Position numbers and translations under genes: made by a program. A stretch of 64,000 nt of DNA, from NCBI GenBank assembly GCA_964355645.1, contig CAYHDI010000002.1, positions 11,452-75,451 of the forward strand, written 5' to 3'. This document shows positions 1-9,991 of the stretch, piece after piece. The stretch is from an uncultured Candidatus Saccharibacteria bacterium (lineage in GTDB: Bacteria > Patescibacteriota > Minisyncoccia > Phycocordibacterales > Zambryskibacteraceae). The stretch's first letter is position 1, and the number at the start of each line of letters is the position of its first letter. Below the pieces are notes generated by a model. That model worked only from the letters and a program-made list of their open reading frames with translations. It was not told the origin of the DNA and did no database searches.

Positions 1-478
1 AAGAAACAACATGAAGAAGCGAAGCCCCGATGAATCGAAATCCACCCGCAGAAATAGCCGAAGGGATGATAGCTTCTTTTTGAAGCAAAGGATTGAGTAA
101 TGGACTGGCAATGAAAAGTGCATTTTCGAGAGCAGCAAATCCCAGGGCGACAGTAATCATATAGATGACAGAGTCTATAGGTTCATCATCATCTCTGGTG
201 TGAATGGCAATGAAATAAGCCCCAGCGAATTTTAATCCTTCTTCAACCAAGGCCCAAAGCGAGAAAGTCAGTGGACTCATGCCCGGGAAAAAATCATTAA
301 TGATTTTTTCTAATGGAAGGACAAGTATCACTGCACCCATACCGGCCAAAAAAGTTTTAGTAATAAGAAACGGAGATTCAGGATGCTTTGAATCTTCTTT
401 TAACCAAAACAAAAGCCAAATCACAGCCGGCAGGATTCCTCCCAAGAGCGCATAGAAGATTGTGTTGAAAGTAATCAT
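1..478 (-). CDS. prsW: PrsW-family intramembrane protease (runs off window edge)
   Basis: Manual translation MITFNTIFYALLGGILPAVIWLLFWLKEDSKHPES...LVEEGLKF...DEPIDSVIYMITVALGFAALEN...LLH; EExxK and FxxxEN motifs; ATGA overlap with valS stop. Confidence 0.85.
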   Translation of the reverse strand, partial: MITFNTIFYALLGGILPAVIWLLFWLKEDSKHPESPFLITKTFLAGMGAVILVLPLEKIINDFFPGMSPLTFSLWALVEEGLKFAGAYFIAIHTRDDDEPIDSVIYMITVALGFAALENALFIASPLLNPLLQKEAIIPSAISAGGFRFIGASLLHVVS

Positions 479-2565
479 TGTTTTGTCGGCCAGGGTTCAA
501 TCATGAGTAAATTCTTTTTGTTCATGGACTGCCAGATTTCTTCGGTGATGAACGGCATGAAAGGATGAAGGAGTTTGAGTGAATTCTCAAGGATATAAAA
601 CAAAGTTTCTCCATAACCTTCTTTGTTTTTGCTTTCCTCCAAAATTTCATCAGCAAATCGATGCCAAACATAAGCATAAATCTTCTCAGCGGCAATATAA
701 AAACGAAAACTTTCCATATCACGCGTTATATCCTTAGCCAGATTATCAAACTCTTCAATCAAATCTTTTTTTAATTCGCCTCCGTCAGCCGGCGGATTTT
801 CTTGAGAAAGAACGTAGCGCGCGATGTTCCAAATTTTGTTCGCAAAGTTTTTGTAGGCTTTAATTTTGTCTCTGGACATTTTCATATCAGTACCGACCGT
901 ATTTCCAACCACCAACGCCATGCGCCCAGCGTCCATTCCAAAATCCTTAGCCACATCCAAAGGGTCTATTCCATTGTTCAAACTTTTGCTCATCTTTCGA
1001 CCCTTATCATCCCTGACGGTACCGTGGAGATAAACAGTATGAAAAGGAATATCCTCTAAACAAAATCCAGTCATCATAATCATTCGGGCTACCCAGAAGA
1101 AAAGTATCTCATAACCAGTTTCAAGCACGTTTGTTGGATGATAAATTTTTAAATCAGGTGTATTTTCGGGCCAGCCGAGAGTTGAAAAGGTCCAAAGGGC
1201 AGAAGAAAACCATGTGTCGAGGGTATCGGAATCTTGTTCCCAGCCATCTCCTTTCGGAGCTTCTATATCACAAGAAATCTCATCGTTTCTATACCAAACT
1301 GGAATTCTATGCCCATACCAAATTTGTCTTGAAATGCACCAATCTCGCAGGTTGTCTATCCAATGAAAATAGGTTTTATTGAAATAATCTGGGATGATTT
1401 TTATCTTGCCTGACTCGACTGTCTCACGCATCATTTCTTTCAGAGTGTGTCCTTTCCATTCTTTGTTCACATTTACAAACCATTGAGTCATGATTTGCGG
1501 TTCAACAAATCCACCCGTTCTTTCGGCTGTGGCAATATTGTGAACATAGTTTTCATCCACTTTTTCTACTAACCCTTTCTTTTGAAGTTTTTCTATAATT
1601 TTTTCTCTGGCATCCTTTATTTTTATTCCGGCCAATTCTCCAGCAATAGGTAAAAGCTTGCCGAATGGATCGATAATTTTCTCTTTGTCCAAGGAATGTG
1701 TTTCTGCAATTTCGAAGTCCACCACAGAATGTGCCGGAGTGATGGTCATCACTCCCGTGCCGAATTCCGGGTCAATGCGTTTGTCTTTGATGATAGTGGC
1801 TTCGATAGGACCATTAATCCATTCAACTACAAGCTTGTCTCTATGTTTATAATCTTTGTACCTCGTATCATCCGGGTGCATTACTACATACTTGTCTCCG
1901 AACTTCGTTTCGGGCCTGGCAGTGGCAATAGTGAATGGTCCGTATTTCAAATAATAAAATTTTGTTTTCTCTTCAACATAAACAATCTCATCATCAGCGA
2001 TAGTCGTTTGACCCTTGGGGTCCCAATTCACAATTCTTTCTCCTCTATAAATCAATCCAGCGTCGAACATTTTTTTAAATGCGGTTCTCGTAGCCAGAGT
2101 TCTTTTTTTATCCAAAGTGAAAGCTTCACGACTCCAATCGCAAGATGCTCCGAGGACTTTGATTTGGGAAACAATCGTATCGTGACTTTCTCCAGCAAAT
2201 TTTTCAACGCGAGAAATAAACTCATCTCGACCGAGATCGTGTCTGGATTTCCCTTCTGTTTTGTGAATATCTTTCTCTACTCTGGATTGAGTGGCAATAG
2301 CTGCATGGTCTGTACCTGGAAGCCACAAAGTTTTCTTTCCACGCATTCTTTCGAAACGAATCATGATATCTTCAATGGTCAACATTAAGGCATGCCCCAT
2401 ATGCAGGATGCCTGTCACATTCGGAGGAGGCATGATGATGGTGAATGGTTCGATGTGTCTAGAAGGTAAGTTGTCGGGATTAAAAAAGCCACTCTTTTCC
2501 CAAAGAGTGTAAATTTTCTGCTCTGTTTCAACCGAGTTGTAGGGTGTAAGAAACTTCTTATCCAT
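475..2565 (-). CDS. valS: Valyl-tRNA synthetase (short form, no C-terminal coiled coil)
   Basis: PPPNVTGILHMGHA, DWCISRQIWYGHRIP, KMSKS. Confidence 0.97.
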   Translation of the reverse strand: MDKKFLTPYNSVETEQKIYTLWEKSGFFNPDNLPSRHIEPFTIIMPPPNVTGILHMGHALMLTIEDIMIRFERMRGKKTLWLPGTDHAAIATQSRVEKDIHKTEGKSRHDLGRDEFISRVEKFAGESHDTIVSQIKVLGASCDWSREAFTLDKKRTLATRTAFKKMFDAGLIYRGERIVNWDPKGQTTIADDEIVYVEEKTKFYYLKYGPFTIATARPETKFGDKYVVMHPDDTRYKDYKHRDKLVVEWINGPIEATIIKDKRIDPEFGTGVMTITPAHSVVDFEIAETHSLDKEKIIDPFGKLLPIAGELAGIKIKDAREKIIEKLQKKGLVEKVDENYVHNIATAERTGGFVEPQIMTQWFVNVNKEWKGHTLKEMMRETVESGKIKIIPDYFNKTYFHWIDNLRDWCISRQIWYGHRIPVWYRNDEISCDIEAPKGDGWEQDSDTLDTWFSSALWTFSTLGWPENTPDLKIYHPTNVLETGYEILFFWVARMIMMTGFCLEDIPFHTVYLHGTVRDDKGRKMSKSLNNGIDPLDVAKDFGMDAGRMALVVGNTVGTDMKMSRDKIKAYKNFANKIWNIARYVLSQENPPADGGELKKDLIEEFDNLAKDITRDMESFRFYIAAEKIYAYVWHRFADEILEESKNKEGYGETLFYILENSLKLLHPFMPFITEEIWQSMNKKNLLMIEPWPTKQ

Positions 2566-2800
2566 GCGTCTCTTATATTAGCACGGGTTAATTATTGTTC
2601 ACACTCTCTATAAAGGACAAAATATACATTGTTGACGTATGAATTCATGAAGCTGGTTTATAGGACATAAAAAAACCAACTAGGACAAGCTGTAGTGAAA
2701 TTAACAAAGTTTTGTATAGGACACTTTATTGATAAAGGACAAATCATGTAAATACGTTGCAAACAAAGGATAAATTTGAAATCACTATTTTTTCCTCGCC

Positions 2801-2829
2801 TTGACAGGTTCCACTAGGAAACGTAGTGT
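2801..2829 (+). promoter_or_regulatory. sigma70 promoter of the surface protein gene
   Basis: TTGACA (2801-2806), 17 nt, TAGTGT (2824-2829); ATG at 2842. Confidence 0.6.
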
Positions 2830-2841
2830 AAGAATATCTTC

Positions 2842-4773
2842 ATGTCGAAAGCCATTTCTCATAAATTTTTAGTTAAATTTTTGACCATATACACCATGGT
2901 CTGTATTCTCTTGGTAAATTTCCCTTTGTCTGCTCTCGCTGCCGGAGTTTCAGTCAGTGTCACGGCAAATGGTCTTAGTGCTCTTACTCTTTCTAGCTCA
3001 ACGGATACCTTCACGATTGACGTTTCCTCTACAAACGCCACAGCATGTCAAACGACTTCACCATCTGCTTCTGGTATTGCCACCTCAGTCAGCATGAGTA
3101 TTGGACCCGGAAATCCTTTTTATCCATCGGTTGGTGGAAATTCGACTTTCACTGTTACTTGTACCGATGGTGTGGATAATGCCACTGGGAGTGTTATCGT
3201 ATCTTTGCCCGCAACCCCTCCGGTCACTCTTTCTGTGGACATCAAAGCCAACAGTTCAGATGGTCCAGTGAATTTAAATACAGGTGATACTTATACATAT
3301 TCTTGGACTTCAACCAATGCGACAGCATGTCAACTCACTTCACCTGCAGTTTCCGGTATTTCAACATCGGGAACAAGTGCCACGATTGATTCTGGTAATC
3401 CATTTTATCCGTCAGCGGGCGGTTCTGTGACCCTAACTATTACCTGTACTGATGGAGCAACTAACGTCACGGATTCAGTCATGGTAAATCTCGCGGCCCC
3501 ACCTCCACCAAGCGGAGGAGGTTCGTGTACCCTCCCAACCATAAATAGCCCACTCACTGCTTCGGGGACTGTAAACACAACTTTTTCATATACAACTACG
3601 ACCACCAGTACTTCTACTCCAAGCTTTTCAATTGGCGCCTCAGTCCTTCCAACAGGTTTGTCCTTTAGCCCTACAACAGGAGTTATTTCTGGTACTCCCA
3701 CCCAATCAGGAACATTTAATATAATTATCACTCCAACAAATCCTTGCGGAACAGACACTCAAACACTTGTTTTGACCATAGCTCCTGAAGTCATTCCTCC
3801 TGCAGGTGGTGGGGGTGGGGGAGCCGGTGGAGGTGTAGGCAGTATCCCAATAAACAACACTGTTCTTCCTGGAGGTCATAGACATGGCGGAATAGTATTG
3901 GGAGCAGAAACATCTGATTTGGAGTGTTTTTACCTCCATGATTATATGAGAATTGATTTTCAGAATGACCCCATTCAGGTTATGAGACTTCAAGCCTTCC
4001 TCAAATCTTTCGAGGGATATGATTATGTGACGGTAAATGGTGTCTTTGATCAAGCAACCTTTGATGCTGTTTCTGCTTTTCAAATGAAGTATAAGGATGA
4101 CATCCTTACTCCATGGGGGCATACCGCTCCTACTGGCTATGTCTATATTTTGACTCTCAAAAAAATAAATGAATTATATTGTCAACACACCTTCCCAATA
4201 AACGAGGCACAGGCCCGCGAAATAGTGGCTTTCAGAGCACTTTTGGAAAGCCTAAGAAATAAGGGCATACAAATTAACTTCACTCCTGAAGGCACGATAG
4301 TGATACCGGAAGGAACATCTACTCCGGCCGAACTACCAATCGTGGGTGAAGCAAGTCCGCCTAAAGGACAAAATCTAAATAACCTCGCGACTGCTATCTT
4401 TGCGGGGCCACCATCATTAGCCAGCGCGCTAGGGTGTTTATATCAATTTCTGATTATCTTAATTGTCCTTTATATTATTGCTAGTATATTGACTGATGTC
4501 CTTTATAATAAGGAACAAAATGTCCTTAAGAAAAGATTGACCAAATGGATTATATTCTCCCTTGAATTAATCATCGCCCTAATCATTGCCTATATTCTAA
4601 AAGAATGGTGTCTTATTCTTCCACTTTTCATTGCCTTGATTTGTTCAATAATCTGGATTGTTTTCTACAAGAAACATGATTCAATTAAAGCTTCTTTCAA
4701 ATCATGGTCTATGGTAATCGATGCTCGTATTAAAAGTATTCTAAAAAGAAACAATCTTCCTTCTAATAAGTAA
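2842..4773 (+). CDS. Secreted/membrane-anchored surface protein: two Ig-like repeats, He_PIG-like Ig domain, peptidoglycan-binding domain, C-terminal TM helices
   Basis: Signal peptide; duplicated STNATACQ..SP..SGI...GNPFYPS.GG...TCTDG module; LPTGLSFSPTTGVISGTPT; VMRLQAFL...VNGVFDQATFDAVSAFQ; hydrophobic C-terminus. Confidence 0.75.
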   Translation: MSKAISHKFLVKFLTIYTMVCILLVNFPLSALAAGVSVSVTANGLSALTLSSSTDTFTIDVSSTNATACQTTSPSASGIATSVSMSIGPGNPFYPSVGGNSTFTVTCTDGVDNATGSVIVSLPATPPVTLSVDIKANSSDGPVNLNTGDTYTYSWTSTNATACQLTSPAVSGISTSGTSATIDSGNPFYPSAGGSVTLTITCTDGATNVTDSVMVNLAAPPPPSGGGSCTLPTINSPLTASGTVNTTFSYTTTTTSTSTPSFSIGASVLPTGLSFSPTTGVISGTPTQSGTFNIIITPTNPCGTDTQTLVLTIAPEVIPPAGGGGGGAGGGVGSIPINNTVLPGGHRHGGIVLGAETSDLECFYLHDYMRIDFQNDPIQVMRLQAFLKSFEGYDYVTVNGVFDQATFDAVSAFQMKYKDDILTPWGHTAPTGYVYILTLKKINELYCQHTFPINEAQAREIVAFRALLESLRNKGIQINFTPEGTIVIPEGTSTPAELPIVGEASPPKGQNLNNLATAIFAGPPSLASALGCLYQFLIILIVLYIIASILTDVLYNKEQNVLKKRLTKWIIFSLELIIALIIAYILKEWCLILPLFIALICSIIWIVFYKKHDSIKASFKSWSMVIDARIKSILKRNNLPSNK

Positions 4774-5842
4774 GATTTCCTCGAGCCTTTAACTTTTCTT
4801 TTTTTGTTTTATACCCCGTTTTGATTTTTATGTATCCGGCTACGGCTATCATGACCGCGTTGTCTGTTGTCAAAGATGGTTCTGGTGTTCTTAATATGAG
4901 TTCATGAAATTTTAGAGAGAATTTTTCCAATTCTCGGCGCAGATGTGTGTTGAGCGAAACCCCACCGGCCACGATAAGAGTTTTCGGATAAAACTCGTCC
5001 AATGCCTTCTTCGTTTTCTCCACGAGAACACCGATAGCCGAATCTTCAAAAGCTCGAGCCGCTTCGTTTCTTTGTTCCTCGGTTAATTCTCTCCCTCTTA
5101 GTTTATACAAAACAGAAGTTTTCAATCCAGAAAAAGAAAAATCTAAATCCTTCGAATGAATCATTGGTCTAGGAAATTCGTATGATGGGGATAGTCCTTC
5201 TTTTCGGTGTTGTTCGGCTAGAATAGAAATTTTTGGCCCTCCCGGGTAAGACAAACCGAGAAGTCGAGCAACTTTGTCGAAGGCTTCACCCACGGCATCA
5301 TCCTTTGTCCGCCCAACAATTTTATAAGAACCAAAATCATCAATATAAACAAGTTCAGTATGCCCGCCTGAAACGAGAAGAGCTAGGGCAGGGAATTGAA
5401 TTTGTTGACACTCGGTGTCAACATCATTATATAAAACAGAATAAATATGTCCTTCCATATGATTGACTGGGACAATTGGAACATTCCAGTTCTCACCCAA
5501 CTTTTCGGCGAAGAGAATTCCTTCCCAAAGAGCAGGCTCAAGTCCGGGTCCTTCTGTGACAGCGATGTAGTCAATGTTTTTTGGATTTTCTCCAGTCTCC
5601 TTTATTACCTTCTCAAGTAGAATTGGCAAATTTTTTTGATGTTCACGTTTGGCGAGCATGGGGTAAACCCCGCCGTATTTCTCGTGAATATCAATCTGAG
5701 AAATAAGGGCATTCCCAAGGAGTTTAAATTTTAATGGTTCCCACCCCGCTTCGCCAAGGCTACGCGGGGTAAGTGTTCCCTTACATTCAAGCAGGGCAAT
5801 AGCCGTCTCGTCGCAACTCGTTTCTATGGCCAAGATTTTCAT
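4763..5842 (-). CDS. tsaD: tRNA t6A transferase TsaD
   Basis: ILAIETSCDET, HMEGH, LLVSGGHT, DDAVGEAFDK, TDNAVMIA. Confidence 0.97.
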   Translation of the reverse strand: MKILAIETSCDETAIALLECKGTLTPRSLGEAGWEPLKFKLLGNALISQIDIHEKYGGVYPMLAKREHQKNLPILLEKVIKETGENPKNIDYIAVTEGPGLEPALWEGILFAEKLGENWNVPIVPVNHMEGHIYSVLYNDVDTECQQIQFPALALLVSGGHTELVYIDDFGSYKIVGRTKDDAVGEAFDKVARLLGLSYPGGPKISILAEQHRKEGLSPSYEFPRPMIHSKDLDFSFSGLKTSVLYKLRGRELTEEQRNEAARAFEDSAIGVLVEKTKKALDEFYPKTLIVAGGVSLNTHLRRELEKFSLKFHELILRTPEPSLTTDNAVMIAVAGYIKIKTGYKTKKEKLKARGNLTY

Positions 5843-5895
5843 TATATTGGTGATTATCAGTATATCGGACTATAAACTAAGTGTATAATAAGGCA

Positions 5896-8223
5896 ATGAT
5901 TAAGGATTATGTACGGGCAGCCAATTATTTGAGTGCCATACAGATTTATTTGTGGAGTAATTTTTTGTTAGAAAAACCTCTTAGTAGTGATGATATCAAA
6001 TCAAGACTTTTGGGTCATTGGGGCACTTGTCCGGGAATTAACTTTGTTTATGCACATTTAAACGACCTCATCATTAGGCACAAACTCGATATGATGTTCG
6101 TGCTCGGTCCGGGGCATGGTTTCCCAGCTCTCCAAGCCAATTTATTCTTAGAGAAAACTCTCGGCCAATATTATCCCGAAGCCACTCAAACAGAAAACGG
6201 TATTGCCTACATGGCGAAAAATTTCAGCTGGCCATACGGATTCCCGAGCCATTCGAATCCTGGAGCGCCCGGAGTGATTCTTGAGGGTGGAGAACTCGGG
6301 TATTCGCTCTCAACGGCCTGGGGTACGGTTTTAGACAATCCGAATCTCATCACAACATGTCTAGTTGGAGACGGTGAAGCTGAGACCGGACCTCTGGCCA
6401 CTTCATGGCATTTAAATAAATTTATCAATCCGAAAACCGATGGAGCCGTTCTTCCTATTCTTCATTTGAATGGCTACAAGATTTCTGGTCCCACGATTTT
6501 CGGTCGAATGAATAATGAAGAGTTGAAAAGTTTGTTCTATGGGTACGGCTATGAACCAATCATAGTAGAGGGGAATGATGATGAACTTTATGAACGCATG
6601 CCAATCGCTTTGGAAACTTGCTTAGGGCAAATTAAAAAACTTCAACAAGAAGGCAAGGCAGAGAAAGATTCCTTCGCTCGGTTCCCAATGATTATTCTTC
6701 ATACGAAGAAAGGTTGGACCGGAGTGAAAGAATCGAGAGGTCGAAAAATCGAAGATAACTGTCTTTCTCATCAAGTTGTGTGTTCACATGTGAAGTCTGA
6801 TGCCGAAGAATTGAAATCCGTTGAAGCTTGGTTTCGTTCATACAAATTCGAAGAATTGTTTGATAAAGAAAAAGGCTTTTCCAAGGACATTACCGACCTC
6901 ATTCCTCCACTAGAACTGGCGATGGGGAACAACAAGCATGCTTTCGGTTTGAAATATTTGGGCCAACCTCTCGAGCTTCCTTCGGCCGAAAGTTTGATGG
7001 AAGACGCTTCCATTCCGGGCACCATAGGTTCAAGCAGTATGATTCGCATGGCCCTTTTCCTCAAGGAAGTGTTTCAAAAAAACCAAGCAAACAAAAATTT
7101 CCGCCTAATGTCTCCGGACGAAACTTATTCAAACAAACTTCAGGAAGTATTCAAAGAAACTGCTCGAGCATTCGACGGTCCTACAGAGGCTTGGGATATG
7201 GATTTGTCCCCAGACGGGCGAGTGATGGAAATGCTTTCTGAACATTCGCTTCAAGGTTTGGCCCAAGGTTATATTTTGACTGGGCGACATGCTGTCTTCG
7301 CTTCTTATGAAGCTTTCGTGCAAGTAGTCTCAAGCATGGCTGATCAATATGCGAAGTTCCTGCGCGTCGCTCGCGAAACTCCTTGGAGAGGCGACATTCC
7401 TTCTTTCAATTATATTTTAACTTCGTCGGGTTGGAGGCAAGAACACAATGGCTTCTCTCATCAAAACCCAGGGTTCATTGATACCATGCTTCAGAAACAT
7501 GGATGCTTCGTGCGAGTATTTTTCCCACCAGACGGCAATACCGCGCTTTCTGTACTCAAACAATGTTTAGAATCCAAGAACGAAATAAATTTGATTGTGG
7601 CTGGGAAAACTCTCGAACCACGTTGGCTTACACCAGAATTGGTGAAAAAAGAATTAGAAACAGGAATTATGATTTGGGGCTTCGCGAGCGACGAGAATCC
7701 AGATTTGATTTTCTCTGCAGCTGGTGAATATCTGACCAAGGAAGCACTCGCAGCCATGATGATTGTTCGGAAACATTTACCGAAAATTAAATTGCGCTTT
7801 GTGAGTATTTTGGAAATTTCGGCCATCGGTCTCGGCAATTCTGCTTGCAAAATTCCTCTTCAAACTTTCAATGATTATTTCGAGAAAGACAAACCGGTCA
7901 TATTCAATTTTCACGGCTATCCGGAAACTCTCAAACAAGTTCTATTTGACGAACAAGACGGAACGAGTCGTTTCTATGTCCACGGCTACACGGAGAACGG
8001 TTCGACCACCACACCATTCGATCTTCATCTAAGGAACAAAACCAGTCGCTACGACCTCGCCATGGAGGCTTTCAAAATCCTGTCTGAGAAAAATCTTATT
8101 TCTACAGAAGAAGCTCAACAATTAACCGAAGAATATCAAAAGAAAATCTCCGAGCATCATGAATATATAATTCTGCACGGTGTTGACCCAGAAGAAATTA
8201 CCAATTGGCAATGGTCGAGATAA
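5896..8223 (+). CDS. xfp: Phosphoketolase (XFP)
   Basis: LGHWGTCPG, GPGHG, EGGELGY, GDGEAETG, LHLNGYKI, QEHNGFSHQ; start placed at ATG 5896, 6 nt after TATAAT. Confidence 0.95.
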   Translation: MIKDYVRAANYLSAIQIYLWSNFLLEKPLSSDDIKSRLLGHWGTCPGINFVYAHLNDLIIRHKLDMMFVLGPGHGFPALQANLFLEKTLGQYYPEATQTENGIAYMAKNFSWPYGFPSHSNPGAPGVILEGGELGYSLSTAWGTVLDNPNLITTCLVGDGEAETGPLATSWHLNKFINPKTDGAVLPILHLNGYKISGPTIFGRMNNEELKSLFYGYGYEPIIVEGNDDELYERMPIALETCLGQIKKLQQEGKAEKDSFARFPMIILHTKKGWTGVKESRGRKIEDNCLSHQVVCSHVKSDAEELKSVEAWFRSYKFEELFDKEKGFSKDITDLIPPLELAMGNNKHAFGLKYLGQPLELPSAESLMEDASIPGTIGSSSMIRMALFLKEVFQKNQANKNFRLMSPDETYSNKLQEVFKETARAFDGPTEAWDMDLSPDGRVMEMLSEHSLQGLAQGYILTGRHAVFASYEAFVQVVSSMADQYAKFLRVARETPWRGDIPSFNYILTSSGWRQEHNGFSHQNPGFIDTMLQKHGCFVRVFFPPDGNTALSVLKQCLESKNEINLIVAGKTLEPRWLTPELVKKELETGIMIWGFASDENPDLIFSAAGEYLTKEALAAMMIVRKHLPKIKLRFVSILEISAIGLGNSACKIPLQTFNDYFEKDKPVIFNFHGYPETLKQVLFDEQDGTSRFYVHGYTENGSTTTPFDLHLRNKTSRYDLAMEAFKILSEKNLISTEEAQQLTEEYQKKISEHHEYIILHGVDPEEITNWQWSR

Positions 8224-8227
8224 ATAT

Positions 8228-9211
8228 ATGAAAATTTTAACTGTTAATGTAGGAAGTGAATCGAAGAAATACGCTCTGTTTGGAGACGACAAGGAAATTT
8301 GGAATGTGCATATTGAAGAACGAGAGGGGGGTTTAGAAGAAGGCAAACTGTCCGAGCAATTTGATTCAATTGTTTTTAGAATTGTTGCCCCGGGAACGTA
8401 TTTCAGACAACACAGAGTCATAGACGCAGAATTTTTGAATCAATTAAATTTGGCTCGACCGAAGGCCCCACTTCATATAGATAGAACTTTGGCAGAGATT
8501 AAACTCTTCCAAACGAAATTTCCAAATACCAAGATGGTTGGGATTTCTGATTCAGCATATCACTCCACCCTTCCGGATTATGCCCGACTTTATGCTTTGC
8601 CTACGGAGGATGCGAAAACTTTGGACATAGAACATTTCGGCTATCACGGCATTGCTCTTTCTTCAGTGGTGGAAAAGCTAAAAGCCCAAAACAATTTGCC
8701 CGAAAATATTATTATTTGTCACCTCGGCGGAGGTTCGAGCATTACTGCAGTGAAAAACGGCGCAAGCATTGATACTTCAATGGGCTTCACTCCGCTTTCT
8801 GGTTTGACCATGGCCACGAGGGTAGGGGAAATTGATCCGGGAGCTCTCGTTTATCTTTCTGAAGTGAAAAATTTGCATGGGGAAAAATTCGAAGAATATT
8901 TGGCCAATCAATGTGGTTTCCTCGGCTTCGCTGGCACTCCAAGTATGAAGCAACTCCTGGCCCAAGAAGCCACAGATGAAAAGTCGGCCATGGTCATAAA
9001 GATGTTTGTCTATCAAGTTCAAAAATATATTGGAGCTTATACAGTTGCTCTCGGCGGTCTCGATTTACTTGTTTTCTCTGGAGGAATCGGCGAACCATCA
9101 GAACCCATTCGTACAAAAATTCTCGCAGGTCTTGGCATGTTAGCCAAAAATATCTTGGTTGTGCCTGCAGATGAAGCCAAGGAGCTGGTGAGGCTGTCAA
9201 AAAATTTATAA
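8228..9211 (+). CDS. ackA: Acetate kinase
   Basis: ILTVNVGSESKK, FGYHG, CHLGGGSS, DTSMGFTPLSG, FSGGIGE. Confidence 0.9.
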   Translation: MKILTVNVGSESKKYALFGDDKEIWNVHIEEREGGLEEGKLSEQFDSIVFRIVAPGTYFRQHRVIDAEFLNQLNLARPKAPLHIDRTLAEIKLFQTKFPNTKMVGISDSAYHSTLPDYARLYALPTEDAKTLDIEHFGYHGIALSSVVEKLKAQNNLPENIIICHLGGGSSITAVKNGASIDTSMGFTPLSGLTMATRVGEIDPGALVYLSEVKNLHGEKFEEYLANQCGFLGFAGTPSMKQLLAQEATDEKSAMVIKMFVYQVQKYIGAYTVALGGLDLLVFSGGIGEPSEPIRTKILAGLGMLAKNILVVPADEAKELVRLSKNL

Positions 9212-9212
9212 A

Positions 9213-9239
9213 ACCTAGCAAGAACGGTTCTTGCTAGGT
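9213..9239. repeat. Palindrome AGCAAGAACGGTTCTTGCT, copy 1 of 3
   Basis: acctagcaagaac-g-gttcttgctaggt; other copies at 19393 and 61083. Confidence 0.8.
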
Positions 9240-9245
9240 ATATAT

Positions 9246-9275
9246 CATTCCAACATTCTATAGAACATTGGAATG
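9246..9275. repeat. Imperfect palindrome
   Basis: cattccaa...ttggaatg with inner ttcta/tagaa. Confidence 0.6.
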
Positions 9276-9308
9276 TATATTCTAGGATTTTGCAAAAGAC
9301 TTAATTTG

Positions 9309-9381
9309 TGCGCGATGCAGGACTTGAACCTACAACATCCTCAACGTCAATGAGGCGCTCTACCAATTGAGCTAATCGCGC
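9309..9381 (-). tRNA. tRNA-Val(GAC)
   Basis: Cloverleaf; anticodon arm cctca-TTGACGT-tgagg; no encoded CCA. Confidence 0.93.
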
Positions 9382-9411
9382 AATAAATCTACTTTATACT
9401 AAAATTTAAAT

Positions 9412-9501
9412 TGGCGGAAGCGGTGAGATTTGAACTCACGAGACCCTTTCGAGCCTGCCAGTTTTCGAAACTGGTGCCTTCAACCACTCAGCCACGCTTC
9501 C
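9412..9501 (-). tRNA. tRNA-Ser(CGA)
   Basis: ccagt-TTCGAAA-actgg, long variable arm, CCA end. Confidence 0.95.
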
Positions 9502-9556
9502 GTAGGGCGAACTATAGCATTTTTCTTAAAAAATGTTAATATAAGCTTTGTTTTAA

Positions 9557-9637
9557 GGCCTCCCGACCCCGATTTTAATCGAGGGTCGAGGATCCTCGAT
9601 TCACGACTCGAAAGAGTCGGAATCGGGACTATCGTCT
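9557..9637 (+). repeat. Double-hairpin repeat left of the GIY-YIG gene, ending in a copy of the tRNA-Glu 5' end
   Basis: Homologous to 9910-9991; both end in CTATCGTCT. Confidence 0.75.
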
Positions 9638-9653
9638 GCACAATACTTTCTGA

Positions 9654-9896
9654 ATGTTTTATATTTATATTCTCCAATCACTAACAGATAACTCCTACTA
9701 TGTGGGTTGTACAGAAAATACATCCAGAAGAATTTCTGAACACAATTCAGGAAAAGTGAGAAGCACAAAGACACGCCAACCATGGTCATTGCGATATACA
9801 GAGAAATATAATACATTATCAGAAGCTCGAAGCCGTGAAAATCAGATTAAACGCTGGAAAAGTCGAGCTGCTATTGAAAGATTGTTAAATAAGTAA
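9654..9896 (+). CDS. Small GIY-YIG nuclease (YazA/YhbQ-like)
   Basis: FYIYILQS...YYVGCT...RRISEHN...ARSRENQIK. Confidence 0.9.
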   Translation: MFYIYILQSLTDNSYYVGCTENTSRRISEHNSGKVRSTKTRQPWSLRYTEKYNTLSEARSRENQIKRWKSRAAIERLLNK

Positions 9897-9909
9897 TAAC
9901 ATCACGTAA

Positions 9910-9991
9910 GGTCCCGACCTCGACTTCAGTCGGGTCGAGGACCCGCGATTTTGTAACAACTTCGTTTAACAAAATCGGGGCCCTATCGTCT
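9910..9991 (+). repeat. Double-hairpin repeat right of the GIY-YIG gene, fused to tRNA-Glu
   Basis: cgacct-cgact-tc-agtcg-ggtcg; cgattttgt...acaaaatcg; then tRNA 5' end. Confidence 0.75.

Noticed and set aside
3408-3423. YPSAGG (tccgtcagcgggcggt) resembling the NPPAGG palindrome
   Set aside because: It is part of the protein's own domain repeat (FYPSVGG in the first copy, with different codons), so more likely a protein motif.
9430-9816. Small ORFs overlapping tRNA-Ser and the GIY-YIG repeats
   Set aside because: Explained by tRNA and palindromic sequence.
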